From a virus (lineage: Duplodnaviria; Caudoviricetes): DNA of 50,149 nucleotides. Shown in pieces: positions 15,948 to 24,970 of the stretch. The DNA lies in the IMG/VR virus record IMGVR_UViG_3300037478_000329, positions 1 through 50,149 of that record. The stretch is one strand, 5' to 3'. The notes under the pieces were generated by a model. The model was not told where the DNA came from, did not search any database, and saw nothing but the letters and a program-made list of their open reading frames with translations. The translations under genes and the position numbers were made by a program. Position 1 is the first letter of the stretch. Each line of letters begins with the position of its first letter.

Positions 15948-17748
15948 CGTCGTCCTCGGGCGCCTCGTGCGACTTACCAAGTTTTAGAACGTCCGCAAGG
16001 CTCACCGTCTTGCGTGCACCAAATCCCCAGAACGGAAGCGTGCCACGCTCCATCGCAAGCGTAAGCGTGCGCGTGGGGACGCCCAGCTGTTTGGCCGCCG
16101 CCTGCACGCTCACGACGTCGGCGGGCACGGGCGCGGCGGACGGTTGCGCCTCGTCCACCTCCGGACCGCCTGCAGGCGCAGGGGCAGCGTTCACCGGCGG
16201 GGGCGGGATCGGTTGACCCTTGATCCGCGGAACGGCGAGGCCGATCAACCAGGCCGCTTGCTCGGGGGTGAGTTCGCCGGCGTTCATCTTCGAGAGCGTT
16301 TCGGAGATGCCGGAGATCTGCGCGCCGTTCATCGCTTCCTCCGCGACGCTCAACGCTTCCTCCGCGACGCTCAACGCTTCGACCGGTGCAGCCGCGGGCG
16401 CCTCCGCCGCGACCTGCGCCTCGACCTCGCCCGGATTGATCGGCAGGTCGGCGGGGTCCGCCTCCGGCTCGACCTCGAACGCCCCCTGGTTGCCGTCGAC
16501 AAAGCGAGCCTTGCGTACCTCGTCCGCGGTCACGCAGCCATTTAGCATGTAGATCTGATCGGACTCCGCGTTTGTCTTCGCGGTCATGGCTGCAGTTTCC
16601 TCCGACTTCGAATGCAGCGGATTCCAAACGACCGTCCACGAGGTGATCGGCCACCCCTGCCACGCGAAGATCAGTTCGAGGATCCGGTCGAGGACCGGCG
16701 TCGCTTGATCGTCCTGCCACTGCTCGACGCGCGCGAACCAGATCTCCTGCGGCCCCGAGAGTTCGCCCGCGTTCAGTCCCGCGGGGGACTCGTTCATCAA
16801 GATCTCTTTAGGCATCTCCCCGACGGCTGCGAGACGGGCGGCGCAGCGGTCGACGATCTCGAATGCTCCGGCGGTCGTGAGCGTCAAGTTTCCGATCTCG
16901 TCCGCCTGATCCATCGCGAGGAACCCGTGCGAGTCGAGATTCTGCCGGACCTCCGCAAGCCCTTTGCGGATCTTGAGCTTGCCCGCGTCGGAGTTCGCGT
17001 CCTGCCGATAGCCGGTCATCTTGAGATACAGCACGGACGAGATGTAAAGCATGCTCACCGCGTGGCTGATCGCCGCGCCGTCGCGCCCAAGGTCGTCGAA
17101 GATTCGCTCGATGATCGACGGACCCCAGCCGTTCCGGTTGTCTTCTTCGAGGTCCTCGATCGGGATATCGATCGCCGACATAGGGATGCATCGGGAATGG
17201 TGCAGTTTGATCGGCTCGCCGTGCGATGTCGAGATCTGATACTCCAGCACCTTGCCGTAGGTGGACGACATGATCCCGACATCCTGCGCGAGCGGCTGCG
17301 CTCGACGGGCCGGGATCACATTCAACGGGCGCAGCGGGGTGTGCGACGTCACCTGCAGCGGTTGATCAGTCGGCATGCCGTCGATCACCGGGAGCACGAT
17401 CAGCGCCCCCCCGTCGCGGCGCGACCACTTGCCCGCGCGACGTAGCGCCCGCGTGACGCGGAGATCATCGCAGAGTGAATGGAGTTTCCCCTGGTCGATG
17501 TCGACCGGGTTCCCGTCCGCGTCATGCACGTCAGTGAGCGTCCAGCCGCGGCGCAACCCGTCGTCGACCATGCGGTCGACAATCTTCGCGACTAGCGCGT
17601 TTTGCTTGTAGAGTCCCCGGATTACGGCGTCATCGAGCCGGTCCCGCTCGACGAACGTGGTCCCCACGGACTTGTCGCGGATGCTCCCTAGCGACCCGGA
17701 AAGGGTCGCCCAGCCGTCGGTGCGGGGGGCTTGTGTTTCATCGGTCAT
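15928..17748 (-). CDS. portal protein (DUF1073-like) with C-terminal HTH extension
   Basis: LYKQNALVAKIVDRMVDDGLRRGW, LHHSRCI, WGPSIIE, ILMNESPAGLNA; adjacent to gpF. Confidence 0.85.
   Translation of the reverse strand: MTDETQAPRTDGWATLSGSLGSIRDKSVGTTFVERDRLDDAVIRGLYKQNALVAKIVDRMVDDGLRRGWTLTDVHDADGNPVDIDQGKLHSLCDDLRVTRALRRAGKWSRRDGGALIVLPVIDGMPTDQPLQVTSHTPLRPLNVIPARRAQPLAQDVGIMSSTYGKVLEYQISTSHGEPIKLHHSRCIPMSAIDIPIEDLEEDNRNGWGPSIIERIFDDLGRDGAAISHAVSMLYISSVLYLKMTGYRQDANSDAGKLKIRKGLAEVRQNLDSHGFLAMDQADEIGNLTLTTAGAFEIVDRCAARLAAVGEMPKEILMNESPAGLNAGELSGPQEIWFARVEQWQDDQATPVLDRILELIFAWQGWPITSWTVVWNPLHSKSEETAAMTAKTNAESDQIYMLNGCVTADEVRKARFVDGNQGAFEVEPEADPADLPINPGEVEAQVAAEAPAAAPVEALSVAEEALSVAEEAMNGAQISGISETLSKMNAGELTPEQAAWLIGLAVPRIKGQPIPPPPVNAAPAPAGGPEVDEAQPSAAPVPADVVSVQAAAKQLGVPTRTLTLAMERGTLPFWGFGARKTVSLADVLKLGKSHEAPEDDDAGTDR
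16333..16380. repeat. 21-bp tandem duplication in the portal linker (EALSVAE x2)
   Basis: CGCTTCCTCCGCGACGCTCAA twice plus a partial third copy. Confidence 0.85.
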
Positions 17749-17759
17749 CGGGATATCCT
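17731..17759 (+). promoter_or_regulatory. promoter for the counter-oriented protease gene, overlapping the portal start codon
   Basis: TTGTGT-17 bp-TATCCT-6 nt-GTG 17766. Confidence 0.5.
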
Positions 17760-17765
17760 CGGGAC

Positions 17766-18200
17766 GTGACCCGCCTCGCCTTGCTGCTCGTGTTGCTGCC
17801 CGCCTGCTACTCCGGAACGCTGGACGTTTACTCGGCGCAGCCGTGGACGGACGCGCAACGGGACGCGCTCGATGTGACGTCGGCCTTGATCGGCCGCGAG
17901 ATCATGATCGTGGATCGGGAATACGGTGCAGTGTGGATCAAGTGGCGCGATGCCCCTTGGGTGCACCCGAAGCTTGGCCGGATCTCCGGCGCGGCAAGCG
18001 AGCATCAGATCGGCTGCAAGCGTCACTTGCATAGCATTGCGGACGGCTACGTGATCGCTCACGAGATGGGGCACACGTTCGGCCTGGAGCACTCCGACGA
18101 CACTGCGGACATCATGCACGAATCTTGCCGTGGCGAGTTCTTCGGCGAGTTCGAGACGCTCGATCGCCGGCTCGACCGGTTCGATTTGTGCGTGCCGTAG
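17766..18200 (+). CDS. matrixin/metzincin-type zinc metalloprotease lipoprotein
   Basis: Signal peptide with lipobox LPAC; HEMGHTFGLEHS and Met-turn DIM. Confidence 0.82.
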   Translation: MTRLALLLVLLPACYSGTLDVYSAQPWTDAQRDALDVTSALIGREIMIVDREYGAVWIKWRDAPWVHPKLGRISGAASEHQIGCKRHLHSIADGYVIAHEMGHTFGLEHSDDTADIMHESCRGEFFGEFETLDRRLDRFDLCVP

Positions 18201-18205
18201 ATCCA

Positions 18206-19231
18206 TCACGCCACCAGCTCGATGATCTCTCCGGCCGTCCCCGGAGTTGTTGAAGCGGTACCGACAGCACCATCGGCACCCACCGCGGCCTCGACCGTGC
18301 CGGAACCGGACTTGCGGCGGGTCACGAGGAAGATGCACCCACCGCCACCGCCACCGCCTGCGCCCGCAGATCCGCCGCTTGCCGATCCGCCTCGCCCACC
18401 GTTCGCCTGGATCGTGCCTTCGTTTTGCAAGTCGAACGCGATGAGGGCGAGCACGCCTCCGCCCGATCCGCCTCCGCCTCCTGCAGCGCCGACACCTTCG
18501 CTACCACCACCGCCTCCACCGCCTCCGAGGATGCGTGTGAAGCCCGATGGTCCGACGATGTACCCGGGGTGGCTGGTGACGTGATTCCAGCCGCCGTCGG
18601 CCGCGTCCGGATCGGTGGCCGATCCACCGTTGCCGCCGTCGCCTTCGTTACCCTCGCCACCTTCGGACCCGCGACCACCGAGTGCGTTCGTCACAGCACC
18701 GCCGTTCAGCCCGGTGCCGCTGTCGACGCCCGCACCACCGGCACCGGACCCGCCCAGGATCCCGCCAGAGAGCGCAGCCGCAGCGTCACCACCGGTGCCG
18801 GACCCCGGAGAGTCACCGCCGACATTCCCGTTGCGGCGCATGATCCCGCCTTCGTCAATCTGGCAAACATTCCGAACGTGGGGGTAGAACCCTGCGCAGT
18901 CGAGGATCCCGTCGCCTTCGATCGTGAGATTGTCGTAATACATCACGCGCGTGAGCGTCTCGGTGCCGCCGCTGATCACCACGTCGCCGTCCGACCCGTT
19001 GCCATAGATCCCTCGGGCGACGTCCTCGGACGAGTGCGCGAGCCATCGCCGGAAGTTGTCGAGGGTCGCGTTCACGAGTTCGCCTCGAACGCCTACGCCG
19101 GGGACCATGCCCTGGCTGATCTCACCGGCAGTTGGAGGCGTCGCCCCCTTCGTGTCGAAACCGGTCGCCGGTCCGGTGGACCAGGTCGCGTCGGAGGCAA
19201 AGTCAAACAGATCGTCTGTTGGCGCGGTCAT
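18206..19231 (-). CDS. glycine-rich tail fibre / virion protein
   Basis: YGNGSDGDV start of a Gly-rich domain, poly-Gly runs, follows the baseplate genes. Confidence 0.75.
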   Translation of the reverse strand: MTAPTDDLFDFASDATWSTGPATGFDTKGATPPTAGEISQGMVPGVGVRGELVNATLDNFRRWLAHSSEDVARGIYGNGSDGDVVISGGTETLTRVMYYDNLTIEGDGILDCAGFYPHVRNVCQIDEGGIMRRNGNVGGDSPGSGTGGDAAAALSGGILGGSGAGGAGVDSGTGLNGGAVTNALGGRGSEGGEGNEGDGGNGGSATDPDAADGGWNHVTSHPGYIVGPSGFTRILGGGGGGGGSEGVGAAGGGGGSGGGVLALIAFDLQNEGTIQANGGRGGSASGGSAGAGGGGGGGCIFLVTRRKSGSGTVEAAVGADGAVGTASTTPGTAGEIIELVA

Positions 19232-19881
19232 GCGATGGTCCAGGTGATGGGATAGGCGTCGTCAATCGACACCTGGTCAGAGTCGACATTGCCGGGATCG
19301 GTGATCGGCACCTGGTCGGAGTCTACCACGATCGCAGAGCCTGCCGCCTCCGAACCGATCCAGGGAGCGATCGACATCCGGTAGCCGCCCGCTTTCCCGC
19401 GCCGGAGCAGGTTCACCAGGCGCTGGGCGTCGTCCGCGTCCTCGACCACGGCACCGATCCGAAACTGCATCGGATCATACTCCGTATACTCTGGCGCATC
19501 TTCCCCCGTGTACAGGCGCACCGCTTCGAGCAAGACCGGGGTCGTCGGCGCGTTCGAGAGAATCAAGAGCGCTTGGATCTGCAGGAGCGTTCGATAAAGA
19601 TCATCATCCGCCCCCTGCCGGGGAAGAACGAGAAACGTTCCAATTTTGTCGAGGCGGTCCCCCGTCGCGTCTTCGAGATCGAACGCATCCCGCACCGCTT
19701 CGAGGCGCTCGACCAGCAACTCCGTCCGGTCCGCCCCGGGTCCGACCAGCCCGCGCATGACCGGATCGGCGCGCAGGAACCGTAGGATCCGGTCGCGGAA
19801 GATGTTCCCGTATCCGCCCCCGGGCTCGATCGGGTCCACGTCGGGGACGCCGTCGATCTCGTATTCAAGATCCACGCTCAT
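19228..19881 (-). CDS. baseplate wedge protein (DUF2612 / P2 gpI-like)
   Basis: FDLEDATGDRLDKIG..DDDLYRTLL. Confidence 0.75.
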   Translation of the reverse strand: MSVDLEYEIDGVPDVDPIEPGGGYGNIFRDRILRFLRADPVMRGLVGPGADRTELLVERLEAVRDAFDLEDATGDRLDKIGTFLVLPRQGADDDLYRTLLQIQALLILSNAPTTPVLLEAVRLYTGEDAPEYTEYDPMQFRIGAVVEDADDAQRLVNLLRRGKAGGYRMSIAPWIGSEAAGSAIVVDSDQVPITDPGNVDSDQVSIDDAYPITWTIA

Positions 19882-20825
19882 AACGTCACCGCGTTCCCGG
19901 CCGCGTCGAAGCAGACCACCCTAAGGCGGCAGCGCTCGACCTCACCGCTCGCAAGGCGAGGGAACCCGCCGCGCCGTGAAAACGCGAAGTGCGTCCCGCC
20001 TTCGATCGCGGCGATCGATCCGGAATACAGCCGGCCGAACTGCACACCGTCGAACACGACTTCATCCCGCCTGCTCACTTCGAAGTCCGTGAAGATCGTC
20101 ACGACCGCGATCGTCCCGTTGTCAAGGATATCGAACTCGAACGTTGTGTTCGACGCGAGCGCCCCCGGAGCGGGCGACAAGTTCGCGAGCGTCGGCGGGT
20201 CGGTGTCTACGGCTGCCGTATCAGGCCCGCTCTCGAAGCTGGCCGCGATTTCCTCGGACGTGCGAGCAACGCTCGACACTCGGATCTCTCTGATCTCACC
20301 ATCCCACCGGTTAGCGTTTGCCGCGTTCTCCCCGATGATCCACGTAGCAGACGTTCCGCCGCTGGCATTCGTGCCAGACCCATCGCCCGCGTCCTCGCCG
20401 TTGATGTAGAACTGAACATTCCGATCGCCGCCGGACACCGAGCACACGACCGCCAGGTGAGTCATCGCTCCAACCGGAAAGGCATCGTCGCTTGGCAGAT
20501 CGACGTTCGTAGCGCTGGAGCCGTGCTCCCAAAAAAAGCGAACAAGCCCCGTATTCGCTTCGATGTAGATCCAGGCAAGGTAGTTCGTCGCCTCGCTCTC
20601 CGCTCCGCCGACGCCGTACAAAATGATCGAGTGATCATTCGAGGCGTGCAAAGCATCCAACTGTGCCCACACCTCGATCGTAAAATCCCCCACGAGCGCG
20701 GAGTTGACTTCGGTATCGTTGCCGTCGATGTGCAGAGCGCCTTGCCCTGTGGCGCGATCGATGTCGCCCATGCCAGCATCTAGCCGAATCAGGCGAAGCG
20801 TATCCTCGTCTACGGGGAGACTCAC
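19878..20825 (-). CDS. LamG-domain tail/baseplate protein
   Basis: DFTIEVW..THLAVV..FYING..WDGEIREIRVSSVAR. Confidence 0.8.
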   Translation of the reverse strand: MSLPVDEDTLRLIRLDAGMGDIDRATGQGALHIDGNDTEVNSALVGDFTIEVWAQLDALHASNDHSIILYGVGGAESEATNYLAWIYIEANTGLVRFFWEHGSSATNVDLPSDDAFPVGAMTHLAVVCSVSGGDRNVQFYINGEDAGDGSGTNASGGTSATWIIGENAANANRWDGEIREIRVSSVARTSEEIAASFESGPDTAAVDTDPPTLANLSPAPGALASNTTFEFDILDNGTIAVVTIFTDFEVSRRDEVVFDGVQFGRLYSGSIAAIEGGTHFAFSRRGGFPRLASGEVERCRLRVVCFDAAGNAVTL

Positions 20826-20828
20826 GGT

Positions 20829-22049
20829 CTAGTCCTCGCTCCCGCTCACGTCCGCTATGTCGAACGCGGCGCGCTGCCGAATGGTGATCGGGATCTTCGT
20901 CGTCTGCCAAGCCGAACCGTTCAAAGAGATCTCGACCACGGCACGATCGATCCCTTGAATCCCCGACGCATAGATCGCGCCTTCGAGCTTCCAGGGTAGG
21001 ACGTCGTCCCCGACGTTGAATAGTTCTTCCGCCTTCGCGAGCACGAGCGCGCTCACGGTGTCGACCACGCCCACGGGCGCGGACTCTTCGCTGGTGCTGG
21101 TCGTGAGCGTGTGTCTGATATGGACGTCGACCGACGCAACGCGATTGTAGCCGACGGTGATGTTCCGGCCGTTCCCCTCCGCGATCACGACCTCCACCCG
21201 GGTGCCGTCGTCGAGCCCGAACAGCCGGGCGCCGGCCGGCCGGGCGCGGTAGATCGCTTGCGCTATCTCTTCGTCCTCCCCGCCTTCGACCACGGTATTG
21301 ATCGCTCGCGGGGGGATGCCGTCGTCGTCCGTCAAGTCCGTGACGTTATCCCACGCGCGCACGAACGTGACGCCAAGCTCCGTCGCGACGTTCGACTCGA
21401 TCGCAAGCAGCGGGCCTTGCGGCCGACTGAACGCCTCGACCTCCGCACGCGTGATCGCGGCGGCGTCCGCTTCGACGGCAGCGCCCACGACCGGCTGGGA
21501 CTCGGACTCGAACTCCGTCCATGCGCCGCCGATCGAATCGAGGATCGTCCAATCCGTACCCAGCGTGGGGGTGAGATCTCCGGCGTCCTCGGCCTCGACC
21601 TTGATCTCGACCTCGCCGGATCCGTCGAACGTATACGGGCCTTCGACCGTCGCCCATACGGAGCCGACGGCGAGATCGTCCGCATCGATGAACTGGATCC
21701 GGGAACCGTTAGGGATCTCCGCGGTCGGGGTTCCCGTGGCGGTGCCTATCAACTGCGAGTTGATCGCCGGCGTGCGGGTCATCCCGAGCAGGCGCAGCGA
21801 TCGATCGAGGTGCGTCGCCGTAGTGTGCAGCGAGATCGTATCGTAGACGCCCGCGATCACATCCTGCACGAGCGCTTCCCGCTCCGCTTCAATCCGGGTG
21901 AGCTGGGCGATCGTGCCGCGAGCGTCCGCAAGCAGCCGCGCCTTTTGGACGGGCGTCAGTTCGAGCGCTTCGACGTACGCGTCGACGATCTCTTCGTGGA
22001 TCTCTTCGAACGTTTGCAGGCTTAGCCCGGTGCTCGTGAGCTCGATCAT
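20829..22049 (-). CDS. baseplate J-like protein
   Basis: LTSTGL N-terminus, GIPPRAINTVVEGGEDEEIAQAIY. Confidence 0.85.
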   Translation of the reverse strand: MIELTSTGLSLQTFEEIHEEIVDAYVEALELTPVQKARLLADARGTIAQLTRIEAEREALVQDVIAGVYDTISLHTTATHLDRSLRLLGMTRTPAINSQLIGTATGTPTAEIPNGSRIQFIDADDLAVGSVWATVEGPYTFDGSGEVEIKVEAEDAGDLTPTLGTDWTILDSIGGAWTEFESESQPVVGAAVEADAAAITRAEVEAFSRPQGPLLAIESNVATELGVTFVRAWDNVTDLTDDDGIPPRAINTVVEGGEDEEIAQAIYRARPAGARLFGLDDGTRVEVVIAEGNGRNITVGYNRVASVDVHIRHTLTTSTSEESAPVGVVDTVSALVLAKAEELFNVGDDVLPWKLEGAIYASGIQGIDRAVVEISLNGSAWQTTKIPITIRQRAAFDIADVSGSED

Positions 22050-22432
22050 GCTGCCACCTTCCCCGCGACGTCGAACGGCTTACCCCGCACGCGGACTTTG
22101 ACGTCGAGCGTGAGCGTCGGATCGGCGCCCGTCGGTTCGGTCATCGTGAAGTCTTCGATCTCGTCCGCGCCTTCGACGTCCTGCAGCGCGGCGACGTACA
22201 GCCCCGCGATGCCTGCGATCTGCCCTAGCGATCCTAGGACCTGCTCGTGCGGTAGGCCGGCGCTGCGCTGATAGACACACTCCCCGAGCCAGGTCATCAG
22301 CGTATAAATGCAGCGGTCCACGACCGCGAGCGCATAGCCTTCGTCCGTCGACTCATCATGCAGGACCAGGTCCCCGTCTTCGAGGACGACGCCGTATTGC
22401 CCGCTCACGCGTTCGATCTTTGCGTCGTTCAT
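22046..22432 (-). CDS. baseplate wedge / sheath initiator (gp25-like)
   Basis: LMTWLGECVYQRSAGLP; lies between the spike and gpJ genes. Confidence 0.65.
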   Translation of the reverse strand: MNDAKIERVSGQYGVVLEDGDLVLHDESTDEGYALAVVDRCIYTLMTWLGECVYQRSAGLPHEQVLGSLGQIAGIAGLYVAALQDVEGADEIEDFTMTEPTGADPTLTLDVKVRVRGKPFDVAGKVAA

Positions 22433-23130
22433 TGGATCTGCACCTTCGTCGACACGCTCGACGCGAGCGCGGCAAACAGTCCTAGTATAGCCGCCGTGTT
22501 CGCGTTCGCGAGCGCCATCGTGGTCACCGGGTCGGTGGCTTCGGGCACGGCCGTGAGCGTCGCGGATAGCGTCGCGCTTGTGGCAAGTAGCGCCGTGCCC
22601 CGCAACGCGAACTCGACCCCGCCAACCCCGAGCTTGATTAGCGGCGCCTCGATCACTCGTGCAGTTTGTGACGTCGGGGGAACGATCGGATCCGTGTCCG
22701 TATGTAGCCCGGGCTCGAAGAACGCGTCTCCAAGATCGTGTGTCCGGCCGCTCACCGGATCGATCGCGGTCCCCGGGTTGCCTTGTTGCAGCCAGACCGA
22801 CAGCGCCCGATCGGTAAAGGTAACGTGACCCGTGTCCCCGGGGAGTAACGGATCCGTATCGTACGCCAGCCCGCCCATGCTCCGGCGCCACCGCACCGGG
22901 ATCTCCGGGAACACGATCGGGGGGTCGGGGACGTCCTCGTCTTCGACCTTGCGCACCGGCAGGACCTCGCCGCGGACGGTAGCCTTTTGTGTCGCCGGGT
23001 TGTAGGAGATCACCCGCGCAGGCATCGCCACGCGGAGATCCATCTCGATGTTCCGGCGCCACCGCGCGAGCAGAGCGTCGAGCGAGGCGGACACGGCCGC
23101 GCCGTCAACCCGGTCATCGTCGTCGTTCAT
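22429..23130 (-). CDS. baseplate central spike (Gp138 N-terminal family)
   Basis: LRVAMPARVISYN..PGDTGHVTFTDR..RTHDLGDAFFEPG. Confidence 0.85.
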   Translation of the reverse strand: MNDDDDRVDGAAVSASLDALLARWRRNIEMDLRVAMPARVISYNPATQKATVRGEVLPVRKVEDEDVPDPPIVFPEIPVRWRRSMGGLAYDTDPLLPGDTGHVTFTDRALSVWLQQGNPGTAIDPVSGRTHDLGDAFFEPGLHTDTDPIVPPTSQTARVIEAPLIKLGVGGVEFALRGTALLATSATLSATLTAVPEATDPVTTMALANANTAAILGLFAALASSVSTKVQIQ

Positions 23131-24041
23131 AGCATCCGCCTTAGCGCCAGGTCGGCGCTCCACGGACCCGAGCGCGTGTCCCCGGCGAACTCCACGGACT
23201 CGACCCGAAACAACTCAGGCGCGGGGCTGCGGCGGAACGTCGGGTCAACCAGCGAGACCTGCCGGCCGGGGATCAGGTTCGGGTCGAACATTACGGAGTG
23301 TCGCACGACGCCCGCCCCGTCGTCGGACGGCTCCTGCAGCCAAAGCTTGCGCGGCAGGACGATCGCGAGTCCGTCGACCGGCAGGCGGCGCGCGGCCATG
23401 TAGAGCACACCCCCCGCGACCCACCAGCGCGCCTTACAGATCCGGGCCGCTTCGTCGAGCAGGTCCGCGACCTTACTCACCCCTACGCCGGAAAACATCG
23501 TCCCGCTTGCGGCTGCGCCGGCGGCTGCGATCGTCTTGGCCACGCCTTCGTGCTCGACGATCGGATACGGCGCGATCTTTTGGATCGGGTCGCCCGCGTT
23601 CAGGCGCAGGAGCGCGGCGTCGATCATGTTCCGCGCGGTCCAGCCCGCGGTGCTGTAGCTCGTGGAAAGTTCCGCGAGCGCGTCCCCGGCATCGTCGGCG
23701 GTGAGCACGAGCGCGTAGTCCGGGCCGCTCCGCACGTGTCCGAGAATCGAGCGGATGTCACCGGAGAACAACAGCGATAGGATCGACTCGTACCCCGCGG
23801 ACACCTGCAGCGGCGCGCGGCCGAGTTCGTGGAACACGGCGCACAGCAAGCGCTCACGCTCGGGGGCGAGGTTGTAGATCGACACCTCCGCCGTGTCGGC
23901 GGTGCTTGTCAGATCCCGCCGCACACGGAACGCGATGCGAGGTCCCCGGGGCGCGGGCGGGGGGAGATTGATGTCCTGGATCAGCGTGCCCGCGATCGTG
24001 ATCGCAGCGCTCGGACGGAACAAGCGCGGGAACGAGATCAT
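23127..24041 (-). CDS. baseplate hub protein
   Basis: TAEVSIYNL..SAGY..LFSGDI..FAGDTRSGPW. Confidence 0.8.
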   Translation of the reverse strand: MISFPRLFRPSAAITIAGTLIQDINLPPPAPRGPRIAFRVRRDLTSTADTAEVSIYNLAPERERLLCAVFHELGRAPLQVSAGYESILSLLFSGDIRSILGHVRSGPDYALVLTADDAGDALAELSTSYSTAGWTARNMIDAALLRLNAGDPIQKIAPYPIVEHEGVAKTIAAAGAAASGTMFSGVGVSKVADLLDEAARICKARWWVAGGVLYMAARRLPVDGLAIVLPRKLWLQEPSDDGAGVVRHSVMFDPNLIPGRQVSLVDPTFRRSPAPELFRVESVEFAGDTRSGPWSADLALRRML

Positions 24042-24370
24042 GCGGACACCTGCGCGATCGGGCGATACAACAACATCGCCGTGTGATCAGTGTTCGCGAT
24101 CGTGAAGTCCTCGCCGTGCACGAACAACTGCCCGGGCGGCACGCGCGGGTCGTGCTTGTACGGCAGCCAGAGGTCGAGCCCCCGCACGAGGCGGATCGGG
24201 CCGCATATTACGGCGCCGTCGTTTGCGTGCGTCCACAAGCCCCACGCCCCCAGGTACGCGTTCCACTGCGCGAGCAGTCCGACGCGCAGGCCGTCGAGCG
24301 GGACAAACTGCAGCGTCGACCGCTGCGCCACGAGTTGCCGCAAGTTCAAGCGGATTACCTTCCCGGTCAT
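24038..24370 (-). CDS. baseplate plug-like protein
   Basis: QWNAYLGAW..IRLVRGLDL..GQLFV; gene order. Confidence 0.65.
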   Translation of the reverse strand: MTGKVIRLNLRQLVAQRSTLQFVPLDGLRVGLLAQWNAYLGAWGLWTHANDGAVICGPIRLVRGLDLWLPYKHDPRVPPGQLFVHGEDFTIANTDHTAMLLYRPIAQVSA

Positions 24371-24969
24371 GAGAACCCCCCGGGATCGGGCATCGTCGAG
24401 ACCGGCTGCGATCCCATGTTCTGGGTCGCGTCCGCGCCGGCGAGCGCCGCTTCGAGATCGAGTTCTCCGACGATCGACGACGGCGAAACGATCTCGATCT
24501 CTTCGAACTGCAACGACAACTCGACCTTATGCGGGCCGGTGTGCTGCTCAGCGATCGACACGAGCGCGACAGACCCGGCGACCTCCGACGGCATCACCAC
24601 CGCGAGGGGTTCGCCGCGCGCCTGTAACAGGCGAAGCGCCCGCGTCTGCACGAGATCGCGGCGGATGAACGACCCGAGCGTCCCAATCCCGCCGCCGAAC
24701 GCGACCAGCGGGTTGGCGGATAGCGTCCCGTTCACGACCCACTGCCGCGGTTCCTTGATAAAGTTGTCGGCGACGGCGCGCTCGACCGGGTTGCGGGCGA
24801 CCGTGTAGCGCGACGTCGCGGACACGCTGCGCAGCAAGTCGAGGCGCACCCGTCCCGGCAGGTCGATTACCGTCGCTTGCGTGAGCAGGAACGCCTGGAT
24901 CTGCCCCATCGCCGCCACACCAGACGAGGCGAAGATCGCAACGGTTCGAGGTCGGATGAACTGCGGCAC
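24367..24969 (-). CDS. tail tube initiator / Dit-like protein
   Basis: VARNPVE..ADNFIKEP..LQFEEIEIV; follows the tape measure gene. Confidence 0.7.
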   Translation of the reverse strand: MPQFIRPRTVAIFASSGVAAMGQIQAFLLTQATVIDLPGRVRLDLLRSVSATSRYTVARNPVERAVADNFIKEPRQWVVNGTLSANPLVAFGGGIGTLGSFIRRDLVQTRALRLLQARGEPLAVVMPSEVAGSVALVSIAEQHTGPHKVELSLQFEEIEIVSPSSIVGELDLEAALAGADATQNMGSQPVSTMPDPGGFS

Positions 24970-24970
24970 G

